Of a DNA stretch of 64,000 nucleotides, positions 17,410 through 27,017 are shown one piece after another (within the stretch, counting starts at the first letter, position 1; every line of letters begins with the position of its first letter). Origin of the DNA: a bacterium (GTDB taxonomy: Bacteria > Patescibacteriota > Patescibacteriia > JAHIZJ01). The position numbers and the translations under genes are program-made. The stretch is from contig JAUYLJ010000068.1 in the NCBI GenBank assembly GCA_030699685.1, positions 8,947 through 72,946 on the forward strand, written 5' to 3'. Under the pieces are notes generated by a model. The model did no database searches, was not told the origin of the DNA, and saw only the letters and a list, made by a program, of their open reading frames with translations.

Positions 17410-18077
17410 TATATCCGTATGCCAAAACTTTGGAATATCCCCAGCACTCCGTGGAGAATGCCAAAAACAATGCTCAGCCAGGCCATATAGCGGTGGTAGT
17501 AGCTCATCTTGACGATGGAGTTGTCCCATTTATCCGGTCCGGGTATCTTTCCTTTCCAGGGAACGGAACGGACGCACCAGGGCATGACGTAACAAGACAT
17601 GAAGTTCAAAATGAAGACCAGCGCGAACACATAGCCGGTCCAGGCCGTGAGGTTTTTGTCAAAAAGCAGGATGTTGGAGCGACCCGCGGATCCCGTCTTT
17701 TCTGTCCCAGGTTCACCCAGCCGTCCGACTACCTCGAAGCCGGCAAAGACTTCCGTGCCGTGCGGTGCTTCGGAAAGCGCCTGGGTCAGGTCTACCCCGG
17801 CCGCGTGGCCGAAGTGACTGCCTTCCTCAAACATTGCACTGTCGCTCACATCGTAAATCAATCCTTGGTAGGCGTAGTAGGCCGGCCGGCCATCCTGTCC
17901 GTCAAAGGCGCTCAGTTCTTCGTTGCTGAATGCTCGCAGGCTCTCTGTATCGATGGCTGATTCTTCATCAACCGCCGCGGCAATCACCGCGCTTGAGAGA
18001 AATACCGTGGCCATGAAAAGGTAGCCTACAAGAATCGCTTTTTTTGATGGTGGTAATTCCTTCCAGTATATTTTCAT
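17409..18077 (-). CDS. Cytochrome b5-like heme/steroid-binding membrane protein
   Basis: EELSAFDGQDGRPAY, IYDVS, HFGHAAGVDLT, APHG; C-terminal TMs with His residues. Confidence 0.8.
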   Translation of the reverse strand: MKIYWKELPPSKKAILVGYLFMATVFLSSAVIAAAVDEESAIDTESLRAFSNEELSAFDGQDGRPAYYAYQGLIYDVSDSAMFEEGSHFGHAAGVDLTQALSEAPHGTEVFAGFEVVGRLGEPGTEKTGSAGRSNILLFDKNLTAWTGYVFALVFILNFMSCYVMPWCVRSVPWKGKIPGPDKWDNSIVKMSYYHRYMAWLSIVFGILHGVLGIFQSFGIRI

Positions 18078-18080
18078 GGT

Positions 18081-18899
18081 TTATTCCTTTGGGCCAAAGG
18101 GCTGAAGATAGACAACGGTCTCGTCTTCGGGCAGATCAAGCTCGTCCTTGACAGCGTCAGCGTCGTATCCTCCCATGACCACAGTGCCCAGGCCTAATGA
18201 CTCGGCTTCCAGGTAAAGGTTTTGGCCAATATGGCCGCTTTCCTGGTGGACGACTTTTAAACCCGAATCGCCAGGGAAAGAAGCCTGGACTTTGGCATAG
18301 ATGGCTCCATAGACCGCGACGGCTGGAGCGACGCGCAATTGAGCTTGTTGTTCTTCGCCTGTGAGGAGATCCACTTCGCTCTTAAGAAGCCGAATAGAGT
18401 GCGTCTCGGGAAGATAGTGGTACAATCCGGGGTCAATTCCTTCAACATCTCTGACTAATACGTAAAAATTAATCGGGTAAAGACTGCGAGCTGAAGGCGA
18501 AGTACGGCCGCCGCTTTCGGGATCGGTCACGCCCTGGCCGGCCCAGAGCATTTGGCCAAGCTGGGCTTGGGTAAGAGATGCATCCCCATACGCTCGGGCG
18601 CTGCGCCTCTGAGAGAGGGCTTGCTCAACCGACACGCTGCCCAAGCTTTGAGGAGAGGGGAGCGCGATTTCTTCACCAATGTAATTTTTCTCAATTGGAA
18701 CATATTCAGAACTCTCTTCCATAGCGGCTGAGTTTGTGTCGTTTTCTTCCTGAGTAGCCGGGGATTTCTGAAATTCATACGCGTAGAGTATCCAGCCGAC
18801 CGCAGCGATAATGAGTACGATAATCACGGTCATCCCTTGCGGACCGGTAAACATTTTGGGCGGTGGCGGAGGCCCGACTTGAGGGTTTGCGTCAGTCAT
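18081..18899 (-). CDS. SagB/ThcOx-type nitroreductase with N-terminal TM
   Basis: RRSARAY, LWAGQG, RTSPSA, GLYHY, ESGHIGQNLYL. Confidence 0.85.
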   Translation of the reverse strand: MTDANPQVGPPPPPKMFTGPQGMTVIIVLIIAAVGWILYAYEFQKSPATQEENDTNSAAMEESSEYVPIEKNYIGEEIALPSPQSLGSVSVEQALSQRRSARAYGDASLTQAQLGQMLWAGQGVTDPESGGRTSPSARSLYPINFYVLVRDVEGIDPGLYHYLPETHSIRLLKSEVDLLTGEEQQAQLRVAPAVAVYGAIYAKVQASFPGDSGLKVVHQESGHIGQNLYLEAESLGLGTVVMGGYDADAVKDELDLPEDETVVYLQPFGPKE

Positions 18900-18955
18900 G
18901 GGTACGGTATTTAGCGTATTAGTTTGAACCAATTATAAACGAATATGCGATATGT

Positions 18956-19723
18956 TTAAAGCGATTGCTTGTCAGGTCCCCTCTGCTTCACCAAGCGGAG
19001 TTTGATCAATAAGGCCAACCGTAAGATGAATACCAGAAGCACAAAGGCTGTTAACAATAATGAAAAGGGGGGCAAAACGCTTGGCCGCTCAGTCAGCCAA
19101 ATCTCCCAGACCTCGTATCTTTTGATACCGTAGTGCAAAAGGGCTAAAAAATAGGCCAGATAACCCAGGCGGAGCAGCGGTCTCCAGCGCTGACCGTATC
19201 TTTTCATGCCGGCGGTGTTGGAGATTGAAGCCATGAATAGCAAAATAAGTAAGGCCGTCGCCCCAAAAAGAAAGGCGTACGCGTTATTTACCTGAAAACC
19301 AAACACCTCCCAGACATAGAGAGCGTCGTAGCGGCTTTGATCATTGGGAATGACGAAATACAGGAAGTAGGCGATCAATCCGTGCGCCAGAGCGTAAGCG
19401 AAACCGGTTATGCCTAGGTATTTGCGATAAATGATTTTCGTGTCGAAAAAATCCCAGAAGTAGCAGATTCCGCTGAGCGCAAAAGATAATCCGATCAGTA
19501 TTATGGCCGTGTCGGCTAACGCGGCATTAGCGTGGTTGATGGAATAATCCACGCCCCTGCCCAGCTGGTAGATGATCACGCCGGAGTAGGCGGCCGCACT
19601 CAGTAAAAATGAATTTCGCCATAAGTTCCAGCGCGCGGTGGGGCCTCTTTTTTTCAGTGCCTGGTCATACTTTTGTTGGGCTGTGGAATGACTGGATTCT
19701 GGAGCGGGGCTTTGTTGATCCAT
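18956..19723 (-). CDS. Ferric reductase-like / MsrQ(YedZ)-like heme membrane protein
   Basis: RKYLG...YALAH, ASISN, WRPLLRLGY...LH. Confidence 0.75.
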   Translation of the reverse strand: MDQQSPAPESSHSTAQQKYDQALKKRGPTARWNLWRNSFLLSAAAYSGVIIYQLGRGVDYSINHANAALADTAIILIGLSFALSGICYFWDFFDTKIIYRKYLGITGFAYALAHGLIAYFLYFVIPNDQSRYDALYVWEVFGFQVNNAYAFLFGATALLILLFMASISNTAGMKRYGQRWRPLLRLGYLAYFLALLHYGIKRYEVWEIWLTERPSVLPPFSLLLTAFVLLVFILRLALLIKLRLVKQRGPDKQSL

Positions 19724-19733
19724 TCTGCTTATT

Positions 19734-20453
19734 TTATGATCCTGCTACAACTTTGGCGAAAAAGCCTACTAGATAGCCCACGATTAAAGCGACGCCGGCC
19801 AAGGTAAACATCCTCCAGCCTGATTTCAGCCAATTTTGCTTGGTGTATTTAGTGACGCCCACTCCCAGACCGAAGAGGCCGATCAAGGTAATAACAGATG
19901 AAACAGTGATGGCGTTTTGTGTTTCCAGTAGGAAGTAGGGGACGAGCGGAATTAAGCCGCCAATGGCGTAAGAAACAAACATGAAAATACCGTTTCGGAA
20001 CGGGTGAGAGATTTTCGATGGAAACACTTTCAGCTCCCGGTAAGCCATCTCCCTCAGCATCAGTTCGTTGTTCTTGGCAGCGGCCTCGGACATTTTTATC
20101 GCCAGTTCTTTCGGCCAGCCATCGTCGATAAACATCCGGACTATTTCCTCCTTTTCTTCTTCCGGATATTCTTCAATCTCTTTTCTTTCTTCGTGCAGTA
20201 CCCGCTGCTGGATATCACGTTCCGACAAGCTGGATGTATAGGAACCGATGGCCATGGAAATGGACTCGACTGAAATAATGGCAAACCCCGCTAACAGCAC
20301 CGTGAAATGATCCTGGCTGCCGACCGCCACGCCGGTGATCGCTCCAAGAGTCGAAACCATTCCGTCCTGCATGCCAAAAACCACTTCGCGGATATTCTCA
20401 ACGACGCTTCCTTCCTGCTGATGAATGTATTCTGGATTTCGCGGTACTTGCAT
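19734..20453 (-). CDS. VIT1/CCC1 family Fe/Mn transporter
   Basis: REVVFGMQDG, SMAIGSYTS, GGLIPLVPY. Confidence 0.9.
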   Translation of the reverse strand: MQVPRNPEYIHQQEGSVVENIREVVFGMQDGMVSTLGAITGVAVGSQDHFTVLLAGFAIISVESISMAIGSYTSSLSERDIQQRVLHEERKEIEEYPEEEKEEIVRMFIDDGWPKELAIKMSEAAAKNNELMLREMAYRELKVFPSKISHPFRNGIFMFVSYAIGGLIPLVPYFLLETQNAITVSSVITLIGLFGLGVGVTKYTKQNWLKSGWRMFTLAGVALIVGYLVGFFAKVVAGS

Positions 20454-20547
20454 AAATTTACCTCGTAATACTAGCGTAAATCGACAAAACGGGCAATAGT
20501 AAAGTGGCCGAATGACGCCCTCCTTCTTCAATGGTATTATATACTAT

Positions 20548-21363
20548 ATGGATTCCAACAATATCGTGGTAATGAAAATCGGCGGTAGCGTCATCACGCA
20601 AAAAAGCAGGGATCGATTAGTCATACGCCAGAAATTATTGCGGGACATTAGCCGGCAAATCCGCCAGGCCTTGGACAACCGGCAACACGGCCTAGTCTTG
20701 ATTCACGGCGCCGGTTCTCAGGGACACCACTTGGCGTTGAGTTATGGGCTCAAAAACGGTACGCGCCGAAGCGCGCGCAAGCTGACCGGCGCCAGAGTTT
20801 CAACCCTGGTGGATCAGCAACTTTCCATGACAATGACGGATATTTTGACAGAGAGCGAATTGCCCGTTGTGCCGCTCCATCCCTCATCCTTGGTATACGG
20901 AAAGAACGGCAATATTGATTCGGTATTCATGGATCCTATTTGCAAAGCGCTGGAGCTTGGGCAGATCCCGATGTTGCACGGCGACATGATGTATGACGCG
21001 AAACTTGGGATGTCCATTTGTTCAGGTGACGTATTGGCCGCCAAGCTGGCAAAAGCCCTGCGCTCATCCCGGATCCTCTTTGCCACTGATACTGACGGCT
21101 TGTATGATCGCGATCCCTTTCAGTATTCAGATGCCACGCTGATCCCCAAGATACGGCGAGAAGAGGTTTTACGGAGCCTCATAACTTTGGGCCAATCGCA
21201 CCATAAAGACGCGACAGAAGGCATGCGCGGCAAAGTACGTTCAGTATTGAAAGTAAAAAACCCGCGTTTGAAAGAAGTACAAATTTTCAATGGCACAAAA
21301 GCGCGAAATTACTTCCTGGCATTAAGCGGAAGAAAATTCAGATCCACCCGCATACTCTCCTAA
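20548..21363 (+). CDS. Isopentenyl phosphate kinase-like (amino-acid kinase family)
   Basis: KIGGSVIT, IHGAGSQGH, LHGD, SGD, DATEGMRGK. Confidence 0.8.
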   Translation: MDSNNIVVMKIGGSVITQKSRDRLVIRQKLLRDISRQIRQALDNRQHGLVLIHGAGSQGHHLALSYGLKNGTRRSARKLTGARVSTLVDQQLSMTMTDILTESELPVVPLHPSSLVYGKNGNIDSVFMDPICKALELGQIPMLHGDMMYDAKLGMSICSGDVLAAKLAKALRSSRILFATDTDGLYDRDPFQYSDATLIPKIRREEVLRSLITLGQSHHKDATEGMRGKVRSVLKVKNPRLKEVQIFNGTKARNYFLALSGRKFRSTRILS

Positions 21364-21374
21364 ACAAAGAACGC

Positions 21375-21824
21375 TCACCTCAGGCAAGCGTTCGATTCAG
21401 GCCTACTTCTTCGGGCAAGCAGCTCATCCATGACCGGAGCGACTTCACGCCGCACGGAGTTCTGCAAAAGGTCCGGCGGCGATACCCAGCCCACCACCTC
21501 CACGTCACTGTCTTTGGACGTGAATTTGGCATCAGTTCTGCCGCAATAGCGGGCGGTGAAAACGATGGTGACTGTCAGGGGAATCACTGACCAGACGCCG
21601 AACAAGCGTAAGTCCTCGCACGGAAATTCCCCGCCCAGCTCCTCCTCCATCAGTCGTCGGAGGGTGTCACTGAAGTCCCGATCAATCTGAGGTTTCCAGG
21701 TTTCGAGGGGGAAGGAGAGCATGCCCGCGCGCTTCAGGATAACGGGTTTGTCCCGAAGCTCACGCACGACCATGATCTTGCCCTCCTGGTTAAAGAGCAG
21801 TAAGCCAACACCGGTGGTAATCAC
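21375..21824 (-). CDS. NUDIX hydrolase-like protein
   Basis: GVGLLLFN, SFPLET...RRLMEEELG (divergent Nudix box). Confidence 0.7.
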   Translation of the reverse strand: MITTGVGLLLFNQEGKIMVVRELRDKPVILKRAGMLSFPLETWKPQIDRDFSDTLRRLMEEELGGEFPCEDLRLFGVWSVIPLTVTIVFTARYCGRTDAKFTSKDSDVEVVGWVSPPDLLQNSVRREVAPVMDELLARRSRPESNACLR

Positions 21825-21884
21825 GTCGCCTCCTTGCTATATCCGATAGCGGCACGTATCAAAGCTTCTTGTTATGTACCAAAA

Positions 21885-21915
21885 ATAAACCGCTTTGGCA
21901 AGAGGCGCGGTTTAT
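21885..21915 (-). terminator. Intrinsic terminator after the ABC permease
   Basis: ATAAACCGC...GCGGTTTAT stem with a U-run on the minus strand. Confidence 0.55.
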
Positions 21916-21921
21916 AAACTT

Positions 21922-22731
21922 TTAGACGCTCTTGATATCCCGCCGCGAAAAGAAGATCGATCCAGCCATTGAACACACGATAATCACTCCTAAGAAGACC
22001 CAAAAACCCTCTGGGCTGACTTCCTGGCGCACAAGCGCGTCACCCGGGTCAAAGTAATAGAAGAATGAAAGATATTTCACGTTGACCAGGGACTCTTTCA
22101 AGACCGATACGATGTTGAGGACATACATAGCGACAAGCACACCGCCGGTAATCATGTAGACCTTGCTTCTTTCGGAAAACAGTGCCGACAGCATCATGGC
22201 GATACTAAGAACGGCTAATCCAAACAAGAAAGCCGTGCCAGCCAAAATCAAATGGCTTTTGATAACGTATTCGACCCCATGAAGTTCGGAAAGCGGTATG
22301 ACGGCCAGCACGGTGAAAGCGAGAAATACAACAAACATCGCCGCCGAAGAAAGATAACGGCTCCAATAAAGCGTATTCCGAGATACAGGCCGAGCCAGTA
22401 GCATTTCCGAGGTGCCACGCTCGATCTCCCCGGCCAGGCTGGACCCGGCCATGGAAACCAGGAAGAAGAGCGTCAACAGAGGCCAGACAAAACTGTATTG
22501 CTCCGTGGACAGGAATTTCTCGATTGTGGAGAGGTCAAAGTCTTCAATCCCGAAAGCTTTCATAAAGCCCTCGGGGAAGGACTTGATGAATTCGTCCATG
22601 GACGCGGCCTGTTCGGAAAAGGTAGGAAACAGCGCCACATACATCCAGAGAAGCAGAACGCCGGAAAGTGAATACACAATCCAGGAAGTGCGGCGGTCTT
22701 TGAAATTTCGCAAAATTAGTGCCAACATCAT
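21922..22731 (-). CDS. ABC-2 type permease
   Basis: Six TMs; AGEIERGTSEMLLARPVSR. Confidence 0.88.
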   Translation of the reverse strand: MMLALILRNFKDRRTSWIVYSLSGVLLLWMYVALFPTFSEQAASMDEFIKSFPEGFMKAFGIEDFDLSTIEKFLSTEQYSFVWPLLTLFFLVSMAGSSLAGEIERGTSEMLLARPVSRNTLYWSRYLSSAAMFVVFLAFTVLAVIPLSELHGVEYVIKSHLILAGTAFLFGLAVLSIAMMLSALFSERSKVYMITGGVLVAMYVLNIVSVLKESLVNVKYLSFFYYFDPGDALVRQEVSPEGFWVFLGVIIVCSMAGSIFFSRRDIKSV

Positions 22732-23603
22732 GATTTCTGATAAAATTCTAGGAAGATGTCATCGAGAGAAGCCTGGGTGATGCGTAAGTTTTGCAGGTCG
22801 TATTTGGCCAGGGCCCGGATGAGGGGATCCAGATCGCCGGAAACGTTGAGCATCAAGGTTTTTTCCATCTGTTTAATCACGGTAATAGTGGGATCCTGAA
22901 AATCTTCTATCTTGTATGGGCTTTGGAAATAGATCTCGGCTTGATGAAGTCGTTTTTCTTTCAGGCTATTGATGCTTTCAATCGCCACCATTTTTCCTTG
23001 ACGGATAATGCCAACGCGGTCGCAAATCTTGTCCACTTCGGCCAAATTGTGCGAAGAGACAAAGACAGTGGCGCCTCGCTGGGTGGATTCGTGCAGCAGC
23101 TGATACACGGTATTCTGCAACAACGGATCCAGGCCGGTGGTAGGTTCATCGAGGATGAGGAGTTCGGGCTGAAGCATGAAGGCCATAATAATGCCCAGCT
23201 TCTGGCGGTTTCCCGATGAAAGCTGCTTTGTTTTCATCCTGGGATTGAAATCAAGCCGTGAGACCAATTCGTCAGCCTTGTCCGAGCGGGCGTTCATACT
23301 TCGGACAAAATCGATATGCTCTTGCCCCGTCCATTTATCGTAGAGCCTGACGTAGCCGGAAAGATAGCCGATCCGCTTTTTCAGTTCGACCGAGTCCTTG
23401 ACGCTGTCCTTGCCCAATATGGAAATGGCGCCGCTCGTCGGCCGCATGAAGTCCATCATTGTGCGGATGGTGGTGGTTTTACCGGCGCCGTTCGGACCAA
23501 GGAAACCAAAAATTTCTCCTGGCGCTACTTCGAAACTGATGCCGTCAACAGCTTTGACGGCACCGAAGTGCTTGGAGAGATCGTGTACTTCGATCGCGTT
23601 CAT
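22728..23603 (-). CDS. ABC transporter ATP-binding protein
   Basis: GPNGAGKTT, LSSGNRQK, ILDEPT, SSH. Confidence 0.93.
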   Translation of the reverse strand: MNAIEVHDLSKHFGAVKAVDGISFEVAPGEIFGFLGPNGAGKTTTIRTMMDFMRPTSGAISILGKDSVKDSVELKKRIGYLSGYVRLYDKWTGQEHIDFVRSMNARSDKADELVSRLDFNPRMKTKQLSSGNRQKLGIIMAFMLQPELLILDEPTTGLDPLLQNTVYQLLHESTQRGATVFVSSHNLAEVDKICDRVGIIRQGKMVAIESINSLKEKRLHQAEIYFQSPYKIEDFQDPTITVIKQMEKTLMLNVSGDLDPLIRALAKYDLQNLRITQASLDDIFLEFYQKS

Positions 23604-23701
23604 TGACTTAGGGTGAAAAATTCATCATAGTGAAGTGGTCCGGTTTTGCAGTATACACCCGGGCGAATCGATCATAAAGCTCAAAACAGTGTATAACTCC
23701 C

Positions 23702-24562
23702 ATGGAACGCGGGACTAATGTTTCCGTCATTATCGTCTCCTGGAGGGTGAAGGACCTGCTTCGCCGCTGCTTGGCTTCTATTAAAGAACAGACTAAGACC
23801 TGTTCGTACGAGATTTTCGTGGTTGATAATGCCTCAGGCGACGGGACAGCGGAGATGGTCAGGGATGAATTTCCTGAGGCTCAGCTGGTTGCCAACGAAC
23901 AGAACCTGGGTTTTGCCAAGGCCAACAACCAGGCCATCTCCCGGGCGAGAGGAGATGTTATATTGTTGTTAAACCCCGACACTGAATTGCGCGAAGACGC
24001 GATCGGGAAGACCTTTGACTTTATGCGCCATAAGCCTGAGATCGGCATTTGCGGCTGCGCGATCGTCAATTCCGACGGCAGTCCTCAGCCATCAGTCAGA
24101 AATTTTCCCAGCTGGTGGGCGATGGCTTATCTGCTGCTGAAGCTCCATGTGATCGCTCCCTGGTTTCCGCCTTTGCGAAAATATTTGGCGGTAAACCATG
24201 ATTACTCCCAGTCTTCCGAGGTGGATCAGGTGATGGGCGCTTTTTTCTGTATCCGCGGCCGGATGATCGACGTGATTGGCCCATTAGACGAGCGTTTTTT
24301 TATCTGGTTTGAAGAAGTTGATTATTGCCAACGGGCAAAAGCCGTCAGCTGGCAGGTCTGGTACTATGCCGATACCGCCGTGACGCACCACTCAGGGCAA
24401 AGCTTCAAACAGGCCCTGACTTTGAAAAAACAACTCATGTTTAACTCCAGCCTGCTCAAATATTTCCGTAAGCATCACTCTTTCGTGGGCACGGTCCTGC
24501 TAGCCACGCTGTATCCCGTCAGCCTGCTTCTAGCTCTGATTAGTCAATACGTGCGCCGATGA
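23702..24562 (+). CDS. Glycosyltransferase family 2
   Basis: VVDNASGDGT, NLGFAKANN, LLNPD, FEEVD. Confidence 0.9.
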   Translation: MERGTNVSVIIVSWRVKDLLRRCLASIKEQTKTCSYEIFVVDNASGDGTAEMVRDEFPEAQLVANEQNLGFAKANNQAISRARGDVILLLNPDTELREDAIGKTFDFMRHKPEIGICGCAIVNSDGSPQPSVRNFPSWWAMAYLLLKLHVIAPWFPPLRKYLAVNHDYSQSSEVDQVMGAFFCIRGRMIDVIGPLDERFFIWFEEVDYCQRAKAVSWQVWYYADTAVTHHSGQSFKQALTLKKQLMFNSSLLKYFRKHHSFVGTVLLATLYPVSLLLALISQYVRR

Positions 24563-26067
24563 ATTTTTTCTCACTGGACAAAACATTCCGTTTGACGATT
24601 TGGATCTCTTTACTGGCCTTCCTTTTAAGCTGGCTGGTCTGGTATCAGCCGGGCGCCTCGACTATTGTTTTTTGGTTGATAGTGGCAACGGTGGTAATCT
24701 TCAGTTGGTGGAAACTCGAGCTCGGGCTGATGCTGGTGCTGGCTGAGCTTTGTATCGGCTCCAAAGGCTATCTCTTTTCCTGGACGCTGGCCGATTTGAC
24801 GATCTCAATCCGACTGGCAATATTCCTGACCGTCGTCCTGATTTGGGCGCTAAAATATTTCCGGCCGGGCAAGGTGGAATTCCGTTCCTCATCTTTCTTC
24901 TGGTGGTATATCGGCTTCCTGGCCGTCTATGTTGTTGGGCTGGGGCTGGGCTGGCTGAACTCTCATCCGGGCAAAGACATCTTTCTCGACGCCAATGGCT
25001 ATCTTTATTTTGGGTTGATCTTCCCCATCTATCACGTCATCCGGGACCGAGCCGGCATCAAGCGCCTGGTCAGTGTCATGCTGGGGGCTACCACAGCCCT
25101 GGGAATCAAAACTCTAGCACTGCTTTTTGCTTTTGCCGGCCAGTACAGCGTATTGCCCGAGCTGTATCGCTGGGCCCGCGATACCCGCCTGGATGAGATT
25201 ACCCTGATCACGCATAATGTCTACCGCGTCTTTTCACAGGCGCATATTTACGCTTTCTTTGTCAGCATCATCACGCTGGTGATTGGAACCTTACTTTTCC
25301 GCCAGCTGCAGAAGCGCGAAGAGCGCCTGCTTTGGGGCATGTTCCTGATCTCCACCCTGACCGTGCTGATCAGCTATTCACGCACTTTCTGGCTGTCGCT
25401 GGGCCTGACCCTGCTGGTCATTCTGGCCACTTTTGTCATTCGCTATCAGTTTACGGCGGCGAAGATGTCCCGCCTGATCGGTGTGCTATTATTAGTCGCG
25501 GTACTGGAAGCGGCGTTTGTGGTGTTGCTGGTCAATCTTCCGAATTGGCTGCGCAGCGGGGGAGGCGGCGCGGTCTCGCTAAGTTCGCTGGTGGAAGAAC
25601 GTCTGGGCGACACGGAGCAGGCCGGACTGCAAAGCCGGATGAAGCTGCTTGAGCCCCTTGCCAGCGGGATTATCCATCATCCCATCTTGGGCGTGGGCTT
25701 CGGCGGCACGGTCTCATATCAGACCGACGATCCGCGTATCGTGGCCGAGACCGGCGGGCTCTACACCACCTATTCTTTTGAATGGGGATATCTTGATATA
25801 TGGTACAAGCTCGGTTTCGTGGGCCTAGCTCTCTATATCCTTTTCCTTTGGCGCGTCGCCCAAAAAGGCCTGGCCGTCGTCAGGGACCGTGAAAGAGACA
25901 TATCAATATTTGCCCTCGCCTGGCTGATGGCTTTTCTAGGATTGGTCGTTATTCACATGACCACGCCCTACCTCAATCACCCGCTCGGTATCGGATTTGT
26001 CATGTTGTCGGCAGTAATTTTTGAGCGTCTCGGTGAACGGAATACGCGGGAGCACGATGCAGCCTAA
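24559..26067 (+). CDS. O-antigen ligase/polymerase (Wzy_C-like) membrane protein
   Basis: Many TMs; SYSRTFW, HPILGVGFG, GFVGL. Confidence 0.75.
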   Translation: MNFFSLDKTFRLTIWISLLAFLLSWLVWYQPGASTIVFWLIVATVVIFSWWKLELGLMLVLAELCIGSKGYLFSWTLADLTISIRLAIFLTVVLIWALKYFRPGKVEFRSSSFFWWYIGFLAVYVVGLGLGWLNSHPGKDIFLDANGYLYFGLIFPIYHVIRDRAGIKRLVSVMLGATTALGIKTLALLFAFAGQYSVLPELYRWARDTRLDEITLITHNVYRVFSQAHIYAFFVSIITLVIGTLLFRQLQKREERLLWGMFLISTLTVLISYSRTFWLSLGLTLLVILATFVIRYQFTAAKMSRLIGVLLLVAVLEAAFVVLLVNLPNWLRSGGGGAVSLSSLVEERLGDTEQAGLQSRMKLLEPLASGIIHHPILGVGFGGTVSYQTDDPRIVAETGGLYTTYSFEWGYLDIWYKLGFVGLALYILFLWRVAQKGLAVVRDRERDISIFALAWLMAFLGLVVIHMTTPYLNHPLGIGFVMLSAVIFERLGERNTREHDAA

Positions 26068-26959
26068 ATTGACAATCAGCCTCGTCACCTGGAACTCCAG
26101 TCAGGATTTGCCGAATTTTTTTGAATCGCTAAAAACACAAAGTTTCCAGGACTTCGAGCTGCTCGTGGTGGATAATCATTCTATCGATGATAGCCTAGAC
26201 AAGATTAAAGATCTCTATCCAGAAGCAACAATCTTGCCTCAGTCTAAAAATCTCGGCTACGGAGCGGCGCATAACATCGCTATTGCTCAATCAAAGAGTC
26301 CGTTTCACCTTGTGCTCAATGCCGATCTCAGACTGGGACCAGACTTCATCGCTCGTTTACTAGAAGCGATGGAGCAAGACGACAAAGCCGCGTCAGCTGG
26401 CGGGAAGCTGCTCAAACTGGGTGAGACAAGCCCCACGATAGACAGCGCCGGCCTAGAGATGCATCGAAGCCGGAGAGTGACTGACAGGGGAGAGGGTGAG
26501 CCGGATCAAGGGCAGTACGACTCTAAAGAAGAAATCTGGGGTATCAGCGGCGCGGCCTGTCTTTTCCGTAAATCCGCTCTTGAACAGGTGAAAGAAGGCG
26601 CGGGGGAGTATTATGACGCGCGATTTTTTATGTACAAAGAAGACGTGGACCTGGCCTGGCGTTTGCAAAAGGCCGGCTGGAAAAGTCTCTATGTCCCAAG
26701 CGCCGTCGCCTATCATCGGCGTTCGGCGTTCGGCCGGCAGGATGATCTGGCAGTGGCCGCCGCCCGGAAAGAGAAGTCAAAAATGATGAACTATTATTCC
26801 TATCGCAATCATCTGCTCACCCTTTTCAAAAACGAAACGACGCGTACTTTCTTGCCCCGAGCCCCTTGGATCATCTGGTACGAGCTGAAAAAGCTTGCGT
26901 ACCTTTTGTTTTTTGAGCCAAAGACGCTGAGGGCGTGGGGAGTTATTAAAAAGAAATAG
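26057..26959 (+). CDS. Glycosyltransferase family 2
   Basis: VVDNHSID, NLGYGAAHN, LNAD, YKEDVDLAWR. Confidence 0.9.
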   Translation: MQPKLTISLVTWNSSQDLPNFFESLKTQSFQDFELLVVDNHSIDDSLDKIKDLYPEATILPQSKNLGYGAAHNIAIAQSKSPFHLVLNADLRLGPDFIARLLEAMEQDDKAASAGGKLLKLGETSPTIDSAGLEMHRSRRVTDRGEGEPDQGQYDSKEEIWGISGAACLFRKSALEQVKEGAGEYYDARFFMYKEDVDLAWRLQKAGWKSLYVPSAVAYHRRSAFGRQDDLAVAAARKEKSKMMNYYSYRNHLLTLFKNETTRTFLPRAPWIIWYELKKLAYLLFFEPKTLRAWGVIKKK

Positions 26960-26966
26960 GGGAAGG

Positions 26967-27017
26967 TTGACAATCACTTGACAATAGTTTGTTATTGGTT
27001 TACAATTACTTTACAAT
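26967..27017 (+). promoter_or_regulatory. Promoter (TTGACA-17-TACAAT) overlapped by four TTKACAAT direct repeats
   Basis: Repeats start at 26967, 26978, 26999 and 27010. Confidence 0.65.
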
